From Chloroflexota bacterium (GTDB taxonomy: Bacteria > Chloroflexota > UBA11872 > VXOZ01): 64,000 nucleotides of DNA. A program made the position numbers and the translations under genes. The notes below the pieces were generated by a model. That model saw nothing but the letters and a program-made list of their open reading frames with translations, did no database searches and had not been told where the DNA came from. The stretch lies in NCBI GenBank assembly GCA_965221905.1, contig OZ244922.1:2720001-2784000 (forward strand). Direction: 5' to 3'. Shown piece after piece: positions 20,282-30,276 of this stretch (within the stretch, counting starts at the first letter, position 1; every line of letters begins with the position of its first letter).

Positions 20282-21022
20282 ATGTCCAATGAAACGCGGA
20301 AAGCCATATTCTTTGATCTCGGCGGCACGCTGGCGACAGTGTATCCCTCCGTCGCCGAACATATTACACAATCCCTCGCAGACCTTGGACATCCGGTTCC
20401 CCATCGAGACGTTGCGGGCGCCCTGGACAGAATCTCGCCCCAATTTGACGATCCTAACAATCATGGATGGACACTGACGCATGAACGCTCATACGCCTTC
20501 TGGAATCAGTACTACGTTCGGCTGTTGCAGGAAGTCGGCATTTCACGCGCAAACCGCGTGACGTACGCCTTGCACATTTATTGCAAATTGAGCCGGCCTC
20601 AGGGATATGCGCTCTATACCGACGTCATTCCGGTGCTGGAGCGACTAACGGGCGAGGAGTACATGCTCGGTCTGATCTCCAATTGGGAAGCCTGGGGCAT
20701 GGACCTCATTGAGCACTTAGGCATTCATCGATACTTCCCCACGCAGGTGCTCTCAGGCTGTGTCGGCCTGGAAAAGCCGGACACTGCTATCTTTGCGCTC
20801 GCCCTCGCTGAAGCCAAGATCGCTCCCGAGCAGGTTCTCTACGTCGGCGACAGCGTGCAATTCGACATCGAACCCGCCCAAGCCATCGGCATGCGCACGG
20901 TCCTAATCGATCGGCACGCCGAGCGCAGCAACGCGGATAACTCGTCCATCCGCTCACTCCGCGAGTTGCACGACCACGAATTCTTACAATCCAAGAATTT
21001 TAACTCTGGGGCCGAGGGCTGA
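20282..21022 (+). CDS. HAD-IA family hydrolase
   Basis: FFDLGGTL, ISNW, EKPD, YVGDS..FDI. Confidence 0.88.
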   Translation: MSNETRKAIFFDLGGTLATVYPSVAEHITQSLADLGHPVPHRDVAGALDRISPQFDDPNNHGWTLTHERSYAFWNQYYVRLLQEVGISRANRVTYALHIYCKLSRPQGYALYTDVIPVLERLTGEEYMLGLISNWEAWGMDLIEHLGIHRYFPTQVLSGCVGLEKPDTAIFALALAEAKIAPEQVLYVGDSVQFDIEPAQAIGMRTVLIDRHAERSNADNSSIRSLRELHDHEFLQSKNFNSGAEG

Positions 21023-21040
21023 ATCCAAGGTAGCGCATTG

Positions 21041-23473
21041 ATGGCTGGAGCAATCGAAACCCCTGAGCTTGGCAGCGAGCTTAAGGCTCTCCTTGAGTCA
21101 AAGTTTGGGCATAAGAAATTCTTGCCATTGCAAGCCGAAGTCATCAGGAATGTCCTGGATGGAAGGGATTCACTCGCATTGATGCCTACGGGCAGTGGCA
21201 AGTCGCTGTGCTACCAACTGCCCGCCCTCTGTCTCGACGGCGTGACGCTGGTCATTTCACCCCTCATTGCACTGATGAAGGACCAGGTCGATGCCCTGCA
21301 GAGTCGCGGCATCGCCGCCGATTGCATCAACAGCACCATGAGCCCTGCCCACGTACGGCGCGTGCAGATTGCGGCCTACAAGGGCGACCTCGATATCCTG
21401 TACGTTGCTCCAGAGAGGGTAGTAAACCCCAAGTTTCGCGACTTTCTCCACGCCGTGAAGCTCAGCCTCATTGCCATCGATGAGGCGCACTGCATCTCGG
21501 AGTGGGGCCACGACTTTCGGCCGGATTACCGCGCCCTCCAGGTGCTGCGCGACAACTTCCCCGCGGTGCCGGTGATCGGGCTCACGGCTACCGCGACAGA
21601 GCGCGTGCGGCAGGACATCCTCAATCAACTGCGCATGCCCGACGCCACGAAATTCGTCGCCAGCTTCAATCGGCCGAACCTCACGTATTGCGTCAGACCT
21701 AAGCGGCGGAGTTTCGAAGCGCTTACAGAACTGTTAAGTGCACATCGCGACGGCTCCACCATAATCTATCGTTTCTCGCGGCAGAACACCGAGAAACTCG
21801 CCGCCGATCTCCGCGAACGCGGCTATAGGGCTCTGCCGTATCACGCCGGGCTGGAAGACGACGTGCGCCGGGAGACCCAGGAACGGTTTCTGCGGGATGA
21901 CGTGCCGATCATCGTGGCAACGATCGCGTTCGGCATGGGCATAGACAAACCGAATGTCCGGTTGGTCGTGCACTACGACCTTCCTAAGACAATCGAGGGC
22001 TACTATCAAGAAACCGGACGCGCCGGGCGCGACGGAAACCCCAGCACGTGCATGCTCTTCTACTCCTACGGCGACAAGATCAACCAAGAGTATTTCATCA
22101 ACCAGATTGGGGATGAAGCGGAGCGCAACAATGCCAAGGAAAAGCTCGCCAAGATGGTCGCCTACGGAGAGACCAATTCGTGCCGTAGGGCGTTTCTTCT
22201 CGGCTACTTTGGCGAGGAGTGGGGAGAAGAGAATTGCGGCGCTTGCGACGTATGCCGAGCCAAGTCGGAGCAACAAGATGCCGCGCACACCTATGATGGT
22301 ACGGAAATCGGGCAAAAAGTGCTGTCGGCAGTGATACGGACGGGCGAACGGTTCGGCGTCAATCATGTCGTCGACGTGCTACGGGGCAGCCACTCGCGGC
22401 GAGTCCAACAGTTCCGCCATGCTACGCTGCCGGTCCACGGCATTGCACGTGATTTTACGAAGGAGGAGTTACAGGACGTCGTCGACCAGCTCATCGACAA
22501 TGGACTCATCGCCCGCAGTACAACCGGCAACTTTCCGACTCTGTTTGTTACAACCAAAGGAAAGGCCTTTCTCAAGAGTGGTGAGTCCTTGGAACTCGTT
22601 GGGCAGCCGCCGATTGCTGATTCAGGAGGGGAACCCGACGAGCTTCTTTTTGAGAAACTGCGCTCTCTGCGTCAAGAATTCGCTACAGAGTTGGCCGTGC
22701 CGACGTACGTAGTCTTTCCCGATTCGTCGCTGCGGCAGATGGCCGCCCAACTACCAACGGACGACGAAGCGCTGCTCCGAATAAAGGGCGTGGGCGAAAA
22801 CAAGCTCCGGCAATTCGGCGACCGGTTCATCGCCGTGATTTGCGAACATTTGGGAGAGCGCGCCGGACCGGATGTTTCCGGCAACTCCAAAATCAACAGT
22901 CACGCCACAGCCGACTCATCCGTAGAGCAAAACCGAAATTCTTCCCCTCGCGCATACGAAAAGTGGCAGCCGGAGGAAAATGAACGGCTTGGCCGCCTAT
23001 TCAAAACGGGACGCTCTATCCTGGAGATCGCGTCGGAACTTGGCCGCCAACCATCTGCCATCGCATCGCGGCTGCGACAGTCCGGCACTGCACCTGAGCG
23101 CCGCTTGTACCTCAGCAATACCGAGGCGCAAACTCTAGAACTGGTGCGCTCCGGCTTGAATTTGGCAGAGATTGCCACGCGACGCGACCTTGCGCCGGGC
23201 ACCGTGCTCACGCATCTTGAGCGGATCGCGGAGACGGAAGAAGCTCTTGACCTCACGCACATGCTGCCGCCGGCACACCGCTATGCGCGCATTGTGGACG
23301 CCTTCCGCGCCGAAGATGATGACTACTTGCTATCGCCGGTCAAGCAGCGGCTTGGCGACGATTACTCGTTTGAGGAGCTGCGCCTGGTGCGACTGCGCTT
23401 GCGCCAACTTTCAACCACCATTGCATTGAGTTCTTCTAAGTTCGACACACCTTCAACAGGGCAACATTCATGA
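21041..23473 (+). CDS. recQ: DNA helicase RecQ (helicase, Zn, RQC, HRDC, extra Myb-like repeat, C-terminal HTH)
   Basis: MPTGSGKSLCYQ, DEAHCISEWGHDFRPDY, ATIAFGMGIDK, YYQETGRAGRDG, CRR...CGACDVC. Confidence 0.96.
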   Translation: MAGAIETPELGSELKALLESKFGHKKFLPLQAEVIRNVLDGRDSLALMPTGSGKSLCYQLPALCLDGVTLVISPLIALMKDQVDALQSRGIAADCINSTMSPAHVRRVQIAAYKGDLDILYVAPERVVNPKFRDFLHAVKLSLIAIDEAHCISEWGHDFRPDYRALQVLRDNFPAVPVIGLTATATERVRQDILNQLRMPDATKFVASFNRPNLTYCVRPKRRSFEALTELLSAHRDGSTIIYRFSRQNTEKLAADLRERGYRALPYHAGLEDDVRRETQERFLRDDVPIIVATIAFGMGIDKPNVRLVVHYDLPKTIEGYYQETGRAGRDGNPSTCMLFYSYGDKINQEYFINQIGDEAERNNAKEKLAKMVAYGETNSCRRAFLLGYFGEEWGEENCGACDVCRAKSEQQDAAHTYDGTEIGQKVLSAVIRTGERFGVNHVVDVLRGSHSRRVQQFRHATLPVHGIARDFTKEELQDVVDQLIDNGLIARSTTGNFPTLFVTTKGKAFLKSGESLELVGQPPIADSGGEPDELLFEKLRSLRQEFATELAVPTYVVFPDSSLRQMAAQLPTDDEALLRIKGVGENKLRQFGDRFIAVICEHLGERAGPDVSGNSKINSHATADSSVEQNRNSSPRAYEKWQPEENERLGRLFKTGRSILEIASELGRQPSAIASRLRQSGTAPERRLYLSNTEAQTLELVRSGLNLAEIATRRDLAPGTVLTHLERIAETEEALDLTHMLPPAHRYARIVDAFRAEDDDYLLSPVKQRLGDDYSFEELRLVRLRLRQLSTTIALSSSKFDTPSTGQHS

Positions 23474-24045
23474 GCAGGAACACACAAGACGAGTCCGGCC
23501 CGCCGCTGGGGTGGAGGGTAGTAGAATCGAAAGTCGCCTACAACGGACGGTTCCCGGTACGTGAAGACGTGCTGGAGGCTGAGCTGGACGGCAGGCGCAT
23601 GCTGTACACATATCTGGATATCCGGCGGGATGCGGTAGCCGTGCTGGCACTTACCGCTGCGGGTGAAGCCGTGCTCGTCCGCCAATACCGACACCCGCTG
23701 CGACGCACAACGCTCGAAGTGCCCGCGGGCGCGCTCGATCCCGATGAAGACCCCGCGTCCGGCGCACTGCGCGAATTGGAAGAAGAAACCGGCTATCGTG
23801 CGGGACAAATACGGCCCTTAGGTCTCTACCATCCAAGCACACCCTTGCTGCCGATCATGATGCGTCTTTACTTTGCGACCGATCTTGACTATCATGCTCC
23901 CAGGCCTGACGCGTTTGAGATCATTCAGGTTGAGTTCGTGCCGGTGGGAGATCTCTTGCGGCAGGTGCTCGACGGCAAGCACCCGGAGGCGACGTTGACG
24001 GTAAGCGTGCTACTCGCCGCCCAACGCGGCTGGCTGCCGGTATGA
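23470..24045 (+). CDS. Nudix hydrolase (ADP-ribose pyrophosphatase-like)
   Basis: VRQYRHP, EVPAG, Nudix box RELEEETGY; ATGA overlap with recQ. Confidence 0.9.
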   Translation: MSRNTQDESGPPLGWRVVESKVAYNGRFPVREDVLEAELDGRRMLYTYLDIRRDAVAVLALTAAGEAVLVRQYRHPLRRTTLEVPAGALDPDEDPASGALRELEEETGYRAGQIRPLGLYHPSTPLLPIMMRLYFATDLDYHAPRPDAFEIIQVEFVPVGDLLRQVLDGKHPEATLTVSVLLAAQRGWLPV

Positions 24046-24108
24046 AAGCCAGGGGCAGAGTCTCATTATTCCCGCGTTCGCGGGAGTACGAACAAGATGA
24101 AGTAGAAT

Positions 24109-25005
24109 ATGCGCAATCAATCTGTGCTCCTTGTCGGTGCGGATAATCTCGCTGAACGTGTGGAGGCGTATAAACGCCTGCTACCGGCAGACTCAATTAC
24201 TATCCTCAAGCCCGCGAGTACCAGCGAATCTCGAAACACGTTTCTCGGCGTGCCGGTTGCCCACGAGTGGCCGCAGGAAAACGGCGGCATTGCAGATATC
24301 GCCGGTGACATTTCCACAAGATCGGTCACGGCGCAACACGCTTTGGAGAGCGGTCGGCAGGCAATCATTCACCCACCTTTCGGCGATTCGCACGCCAACG
24401 CAGAGGCTATTCTTGATGCGGCCGGCGGCGGCGTGCGCGTTGCGCTGCCGGTTCACTTCACCCACAAGTACGAGACCGCCGCACAATCCGCGCGCACAGG
24501 CATCGGCGAAATCATCACCGTGCGTGCCATTCGGGTGTTCGCTCCCGCCCAGGCATGGCAGCAGAGCCTCTTTCAACTCATGGAATCGCTTGTGTTGCTG
24601 GGGGGCCCGCTGCAGAGAATCTACGCGAAAGCCGCTTCACTTAAGGCATCCAATACCGACACCGTGTATTGCAATGGCCGCTATGCAAATCGTGCGATCT
24701 TCTACGGCGAGATGAGTGCTGCGTATCCGAGCCAATACCGCAAGGAAGTGATCGAAGTCACGGGGCGCGAAGGCATGGTGGAGTACGATTCCAATGCCCG
24801 TAGCTTCTGGATGGCGTCCGAGAGTGGGGTTACGCTCACGGAGGCGTACCACCGTTCGCCATATGAGAAGATGGCTGCCGCCTATCTGCAGTTCTGGGAA
24901 GAAGACAGCGAGTCAACCCAGGGCCTCCCCGATCCCTTGCCAATGCTGCACGCCTATTGGGCAGCCATGGAGAGCATCGAGCGAAATGAGGTGGTTACGC
25001 TATGA
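24109..25005 (+). CDS. Degenerate Gfo/Idh/MocA-like protein
   Basis: GIGEIITVR, IEVTGREGMVEY and C-terminal AAMESI resemble the family; the EKP motif is replaced by HPP. Confidence 0.6.
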   Translation: MRNQSVLLVGADNLAERVEAYKRLLPADSITILKPASTSESRNTFLGVPVAHEWPQENGGIADIAGDISTRSVTAQHALESGRQAIIHPPFGDSHANAEAILDAAGGGVRVALPVHFTHKYETAAQSARTGIGEIITVRAIRVFAPAQAWQQSLFQLMESLVLLGGPLQRIYAKAASLKASNTDTVYCNGRYANRAIFYGEMSAAYPSQYRKEVIEVTGREGMVEYDSNARSFWMASESGVTLTEAYHRSPYEKMAAAYLQFWEEDSESTQGLPDPLPMLHAYWAAMESIERNEVVTL

Positions 25006-26033
25006 GTGCGACACGGGCACTGAACCTCGGCGTCATTTCGTTCGATCACGGCCATCAGAATGGCTACGTCTCGGAGGCTCTCAAACTGCCGTCCGCCCAG
25101 CTTGTCGCGGCAGCGGATGTCATCCCAGAGCAACTAGACCGCATGCAGGCCATGCTCGCCGCGCATCCTGAAGCTCCGGCAGTGAAAGTCTTTTCCGATT
25201 ACCATGAACTACTGGAGCTTGACGAGGTCGAGGCGGTCTCTATATGCTCGGCAAACATCGATCATGCCCAAATGACGATCGACGCCGCCAGGGCCGGCAA
25301 GCACGTTCTCTGCGAGAAACCGCTTTCCATTACTCTGGAAGAGTCCGACGCAATGATTGCTGCTTGCAGAGAAGCGGGCGTGTTCTTGGGCACAGCGTAT
25401 CCATGTCGCTTTGCGCCTGTTGCCTGGCACGCCAAGCAGCGTGTGGATGCGGGGGAAATAGGTGAGATACTTGCAATGCACGGCACGAATCATCTGCGGC
25501 CGATGACGACCGGATGGTTCATCGATCCAGAACGCTCGGGCGGCGGTACGATCCGCGACCATATTGTCCACGTCACCGACTTGATGCGCTGGTTTACCGG
25601 GAAGGAAGTGGCCGAAGTGTATGCCGAAGGGGATACGCTCAAGCGGCCGCACATCGACGTGGACGATACCGCGATACTCGTTGAGACCTTTGAAGGCGGT
25701 GCTATTGCCTCCACCGACCCCTCGTGGAATAGGCCCGAAAACTGGTCCAAGTGGGGCAATGTGTATCTGCGCTTGCTTGGCACACGCGGAATGATCGAGT
25801 TTGAAGTCACGGGACAGGCGGTCGTGCGGACGGAAACGAAGAGCGGTTCCGTCACGTCGATTGATACATCAGAGTCAATGAATTACTATTTGCTTAAGGA
25901 TTTTTGCGAGGCAATTATCGCTGGACGCTCTCCGTTGGTCACAGGGGAAGATGGTCGTGCCGGCGTGGAAGCAATCCTGGCAGCGTACCGGTCCATCGAA
26001 GAGGGACGACCAATTCGGCTGCGCGATGTCTAG
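25002..26033 (+). CDS. Gfo/Idh/MocA family oxidoreductase
   Basis: AGKHVLCEKP, GEIGEI, GWFIDPERSGGG, DHIVHVTD. Confidence 0.93.
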   Translation: MSATRALNLGVISFDHGHQNGYVSEALKLPSAQLVAAADVIPEQLDRMQAMLAAHPEAPAVKVFSDYHELLELDEVEAVSICSANIDHAQMTIDAARAGKHVLCEKPLSITLEESDAMIAACREAGVFLGTAYPCRFAPVAWHAKQRVDAGEIGEILAMHGTNHLRPMTTGWFIDPERSGGGTIRDHIVHVTDLMRWFTGKEVAEVYAEGDTLKRPHIDVDDTAILVETFEGGAIASTDPSWNRPENWSKWGNVYLRLLGTRGMIEFEVTGQAVVRTETKSGSVTSIDTSESMNYYLLKDFCEAIIAGRSPLVTGEDGRAGVEAILAAYRSIEEGRPIRLRDV

Positions 26034-26093
26034 GATAAATGGTCCTTGTGATAGAGAGCCCATGTATAACGCTCCGGTGAGTGGAGGAAAGTA

Positions 26094-26474
26094 ATGCGAC
26101 GACGTCTCTTCTTGGTAATGGCAGGCGGCAGTATGCTCAGCGCGTGTAAGCTCGGCATTGGGGAAGCGCCACCCTATGAAGCCCAGTTCATCCCCTTGCG
26201 AATTCTCACGTACTCCGAGATCGTCCACCGTGGAAAAGTTGCGGTCTTGATGGCGGGCTCGAAAGAAGGCAGCGAGATCACGCCCGCGCTCATGCGCGGC
26301 GAGGATACGATCTCGATTGAGGAGTTCACGTCGAAGACTGCGGGAGTGAACGGTCTAGTGCATTGGGCGTGGACGGTGCCGGAGAGCTTAGAGCCTGGCA
26401 AATACACGATCATGGTCACGGCAGTAGCCGAGGAAGGCGAGATTTCCTGGACTGAGGAGTTCGAAATCAGGTAA
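26094..26474 (+). CDS. Small Tat-type lipoprotein with a beta-rich domain
   Basis: MRRRLFL...LSAC signal; WAWTVP..LEPGKYTI. Confidence 0.7.
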   Translation: MRRRLFLVMAGGSMLSACKLGIGEAPPYEAQFIPLRILTYSEIVHRGKVAVLMAGSKEGSEITPALMRGEDTISIEEFTSKTAGVNGLVHWAWTVPESLEPGKYTIMVTAVAEEGEISWTEEFEIR

Positions 26475-26495
26475 CGCCGAATGAAGGGCACGACC

Positions 26496-27533
26496 ATGGC
26501 GGACGATTTCCTAAATACTGCCGTTGTCGGCGTGGGCCTCATTGGTGAGCAGCACGCCGACGTTTATGCCGCGTATGAACGATCGAACCTCTCGCTTGTA
26601 TTTGACGCTAACCCGGACCGCGCCCAAACAGTGGCAGAGCGACTGGGTAGCAAAGCGGCTCCCGATCTGGACACCATTGCAGCTTCCGACGTAGCGCTCG
26701 TGAGCGTGGCTACACCTGATTTTGCCCATCGTGATGCGGTTGTTGCCATGCTCGAGGCCGGCAAGCACGTGCTAGTCGAAAAGCCGTTGGCCACGAGTGT
26801 CGCCGATGCCTTGGCAATGGTGCAGGCCGCCGAGCGCAACAATCGGCTCCTAAGCGTTAGCCTGGGCAATCGCTGGAGTGAGGATATCCAAGATCTCCGC
26901 GACTGCGTGCAGAGCGGCGAAATCGGCGACCCGATCTTTGGCTTCTCCCGCCTCTCCGATACGGTTTGGGTGCCAACGAAAATGCTCTCGTGGAGCAGCG
27001 AATCCGGCCCCCACTGGTTCCTGTTTCCCCACACGATGGACTACATGCGCTGGATCCTCGGGCAAGAAGCCGTGCGGGTCTATGCGCGCGGCGAAAAGCG
27101 CCTCTTGCCCCAGAAAGGCGTGGACGCCTATGATTTCGTGCAGGCAATGGTAGAGTTTGAAAATTGCACGGTGACCTTCGAAACCTCTTGGATTGTGCCG
27201 GAAGGCTACCCTGCCATCGTGGAACAGTATCTTTCCCTCTACGGCACGAAAGGGAAAGTAACCCTCGACCGCTCCAATCGCGGCTTCGCGCTGGATACGG
27301 AAGAGCGCCAACTGTCCATTAGACCCAAGATGTGGTCGTACTTCAAGACTCCGGAATCCTGGGGCAATTCCATGCGGAATATGGTGGATTGCGTTCTGGA
27401 CGGCGGCGAACCGGCGATACCCGGTCGGGATGGACTGGCTGTGGTCGCGATGATCGAAGCCGCCGAACGCTCCATCATCACCGGTCAGCCGGTAGAACCG
27501 GCCGGTTTGATCATGCAGCAGGTGGAGCACTAG
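26496..27533 (+). CDS. Gfo/Idh/MocA family oxidoreductase
   Basis: VVGVGLIG, ATPDFAH, AGKHVLVEKP, GEIGDP. Confidence 0.93.
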   Translation: MADDFLNTAVVGVGLIGEQHADVYAAYERSNLSLVFDANPDRAQTVAERLGSKAAPDLDTIAASDVALVSVATPDFAHRDAVVAMLEAGKHVLVEKPLATSVADALAMVQAAERNNRLLSVSLGNRWSEDIQDLRDCVQSGEIGDPIFGFSRLSDTVWVPTKMLSWSSESGPHWFLFPHTMDYMRWILGQEAVRVYARGEKRLLPQKGVDAYDFVQAMVEFENCTVTFETSWIVPEGYPAIVEQYLSLYGTKGKVTLDRSNRGFALDTEERQLSIRPKMWSYFKTPESWGNSMRNMVDCVLDGGEPAIPGRDGLAVVAMIEAAERSIITGQPVEPAGLIMQQVEH

Positions 27534-27673
27534 TTTCGGCCGGCCGTAAGTAAGCCGGTGCGGCTACCCACTGACAGGCGGGGATCGCTTCGGCTGCAAG
27601 TCAGACAAAATGCATCGAAAATACGTGGGGCGTGTTTGTGCGCCTCCTCTTCGTGTACGGGGGAATTGGGGAA

Positions 27674-28681
27674 ATGGACCAAATTGGCATCGGCGTGATT
27701 GCCGCCGGACAAATGGGTCAACGGCACGCGAACGTTTACCGGCAGCTTCCCGAAGTGCAACTGCGGGCCGTAGCCGACCTTAATCCACAGGCCGCCCACG
27801 CTGCCGCCGATCCGGCCGGCGCCGACGTATACGCTGACTGGCATGACGTGCTCGCGCGCGACGACACTCAGGCAGTGAGCATCTGCCTGCCGGACTGGCT
27901 TCACCGCGACGCGGTGATTGCGGCCGCTGAGGCCGGCAAGCACATCTTGCTGGAAAAGCCGTTGGCCATAGTACTTGCAGACGCGGATGCCATGGTCGCT
28001 GCCGTGGAGCGCGCCGGCATTACGCTCCTGGTAGGGCATACGCTCCACTTCGACCCCCGTTACGCCATGCCGCTGGAGTCATACCGACGCGGCGATATCG
28101 GCGACATCATCCACGTATTCGCCCGGCGCAACAACCCCATCACCAGCGCCCGGAAGTTCGAGGGCAACACCACGGTACTACAATTCCTGGGTATTCACGA
28201 CATCGAATACGTGCTTTCAATGGTTGATGAACCGGTTGTCCGCGTGACGGCGGAGTCGCACCAAGTGCTGGCGACTAACCTTGGCATCGATGACGCGGTC
28301 TTCACGCTTGTGAAATTCGCCTCGGGAGCGGTTGCCAGCTTCGAGCACGCGTGGACTCTGCCCGTCCAGACGTATCGCGCGCTGGACGCGCGCCTCGACG
28401 CCGTCGGTACTCAGGGGATGATCCGCATCGATTGCGCCCCAGCCACCAGCATGACGATCTCAACGCACGGCGTTGACACCCACGATACGTGGTACGGTCC
28501 GACCTTCGGCGATGATTACGCGGGCGCCATCTACCACGAGGTCAGACACTTCGTGGACTGCGTGCGCACTGGCGCTGAACCGGCAGTGAAGCTGGCCCAC
28601 GCGCATGAAGCAGTGCGGGTCGTGGCAGCGGCCCAGCAGTCAGCCGCAAGCGGCAATTCTGTCTCTCTATTGACTAGGTGA
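27674..28681 (+). CDS. Gfo/Idh/MocA family oxidoreductase
   Basis: AGQMG, CLPDWLH, AGKHILLEKP, GHTLHFDP. Probable ATG at 27674. Confidence 0.92.
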   Translation: MDQIGIGVIAAGQMGQRHANVYRQLPEVQLRAVADLNPQAAHAAADPAGADVYADWHDVLARDDTQAVSICLPDWLHRDAVIAAAEAGKHILLEKPLAIVLADADAMVAAVERAGITLLVGHTLHFDPRYAMPLESYRRGDIGDIIHVFARRNNPITSARKFEGNTTVLQFLGIHDIEYVLSMVDEPVVRVTAESHQVLATNLGIDDAVFTLVKFASGAVASFEHAWTLPVQTYRALDARLDAVGTQGMIRIDCAPATSMTISTHGVDTHDTWYGPTFGDDYAGAIYHEVRHFVDCVRTGAEPAVKLAHAHEAVRVVAAAQQSAASGNSVSLLTR

Positions 28682-28741
28682 GGACGGCAAGACAATTTCA
28701 TTGCAAGAAACCGCCGGCCTGCAGTTGAAACCCATTGCCTA

Positions 28742-28890
28742 CCGTTCGTGCTGAGCTTGTCGAAGCACATTCGTGAAAAGAGTACGGAGGCAGTCCTGCC
28801 TACCGTTCGTGCTGAGCTTGTCGAAGCACACTCCTGGTGAAGCGCGAAGACCGGCCCCCACATCCGTTCGTGCTGAGCTTGTCGAAGCAC
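28742..28890. repeat. Three identical 27-bp family-A REP direct repeats with an exact 61-bp period
   Basis: CCGTTCGTGCTGAGCTTGTCGAAGCAC at 28742, 28803 and 28864, separated by two 34-bp intervals. Confidence 0.9.
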
Positions 28891-28923
28891 GCGAGTTGCG
28901 GTGGCTGAAAGGTCACCTTGCTC

Positions 28924-30195
28924 TCACGCCACCACCCGCTCAAGCTGGCTAAACACCTTCTCAAACGCCCGCACGTAAGCCGCCATCAAAGTCTCATCGT
29001 TCGGAGGAGTCAGCCCCATTAACGGAATGACCCTATCCACCGCGTTAGCCGCGTGCGGATAGTCTTCGGGGCGGTATTCAATCGGCTCGCCGTAGCAGCA
29101 CGTCCAGGGACAGCCGCGGCCATAGCCCTCCTGCTCTTGGAAGAGCGTCATGCGGGGCAGCAAAAACTCCGCGCGGCCGAGGCCGACGCCTTCCGCCCGC
29201 AGCGCTTCTCGCACTTTCTCGCTTGCCGGCCCCGGTTCAACGTCCAATCCCGCCTCCTCCGGCGCGAACTCCGCCACGTAACGAAAATAGACGTGCGTGC
29301 GGTCGGACGGCACGTGCGGCAAGCGCAGACCGGGAATGCCAGCCAGATGCTCGTTCAGATAGGCGGCGTTTGCTTGAATGCGGGCAGTTGTTTCAGCGGT
29401 GCGCGTCATTTGCGAGCGGATGAACGCATTGGTCATCTCCGTCCCACGGTACATCCAGCCCATGCCGTAAACGTTGTATTCGCGCTCGCCGTCGGTGCGC
29501 CGTCGTTCGCCGAATTGCTGCACGCGCGCCGCCAAGTCCCAGGCTTCTTCATCGTCGGTTACCAGCGCGCCGCCTTCGCCGCCGGGCAGATTCTTGTTGC
29601 CGTTGAAGCTAAACGCGCCGATGTGACCGAGGGTGCCGACCGAGCGCCCGTTGTACGTCGCCGCCTGCGCCTGGCAGCAGTCCTCGATAACTTTCACGCC
29701 GTGTTTCTCCGCTACCGCCATGATGCCGTCCATGTCGGCGGGCAGACCGTAGAGGTGCACCGGCAAGATAGCACGCGTGCGCGGCGTGATCTTGGCCTCG
29801 ATCTGCTTGGGGTCCAGCGTGTAGGTCTCCGGATCGATGTCGGCAAAGACCGGAATCGCGTTGTGATGCAGGATGCTGGTCGCCGTAGACGACCAGGACA
29901 TGGGCGTGGTGATAACCTCATCACCCGGCTGAACACCGGCAGCAGCCACGGCCATGTGCAAGGCCGCCGTGCCGCTGTTCGTCACCAGGCAATGGCGCGC
30001 GCCCACGTACGCCGACCATTCCTCCTGCAGCGCCATCGCCTCCGGCGCTGCCGCGCCCCACAACACGCCTCGCTCCAGCACACCCATCACCGCCGCTTTA
30101 TCCCCCGCCGCCACCTGCGGCCACGGTTGCACGGCCCCCTCATCCACCGCCGCCAGCCCTCCCAATATCGCCAGTTCCTCCTGTGAACCCAGCAT
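28924..30195 (-). CDS. DegT/DnrJ/EryC1/StrS PLP-dependent sugar aminotransferase
   Basis: LAILGG, NSGTAALH, PVHLYG, IEDCCQA, FSFNGNKNL.GGEGG. Confidence 0.93.
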   Translation of the reverse strand: MLGSQEELAILGGLAAVDEGAVQPWPQVAAGDKAAVMGVLERGVLWGAAAPEAMALQEEWSAYVGARHCLVTNSGTAALHMAVAAAGVQPGDEVITTPMSWSSTATSILHHNAIPVFADIDPETYTLDPKQIEAKITPRTRAILPVHLYGLPADMDGIMAVAEKHGVKVIEDCCQAQAATYNGRSVGTLGHIGAFSFNGNKNLPGGEGGALVTDDEEAWDLAARVQQFGERRRTDGEREYNVYGMGWMYRGTEMTNAFIRSQMTRTAETTARIQANAAYLNEHLAGIPGLRLPHVPSDRTHVYFRYVAEFAPEEAGLDVEPGPASEKVREALRAEGVGLGRAEFLLPRMTLFQEQEGYGRGCPWTCCYGEPIEYRPEDYPHAANAVDRVIPLMGLTPPNDETLMAAYVRAFEKVFSQLERVVA

Positions 30196-30276
30196 TGCTT
30201 CCTTCTTTCTTTGGCATGCCCAACAAAGTCGTAATCTATTGGCTGCACTAACTATGGAGGTCTATGTGTAGACCGG

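Noticed and set aside
28742-28890. True CRISPR array
   Set aside because: Only three repeats, no cas genes or leader, and the repeat is a dispersed REP found in both orientations across the window.
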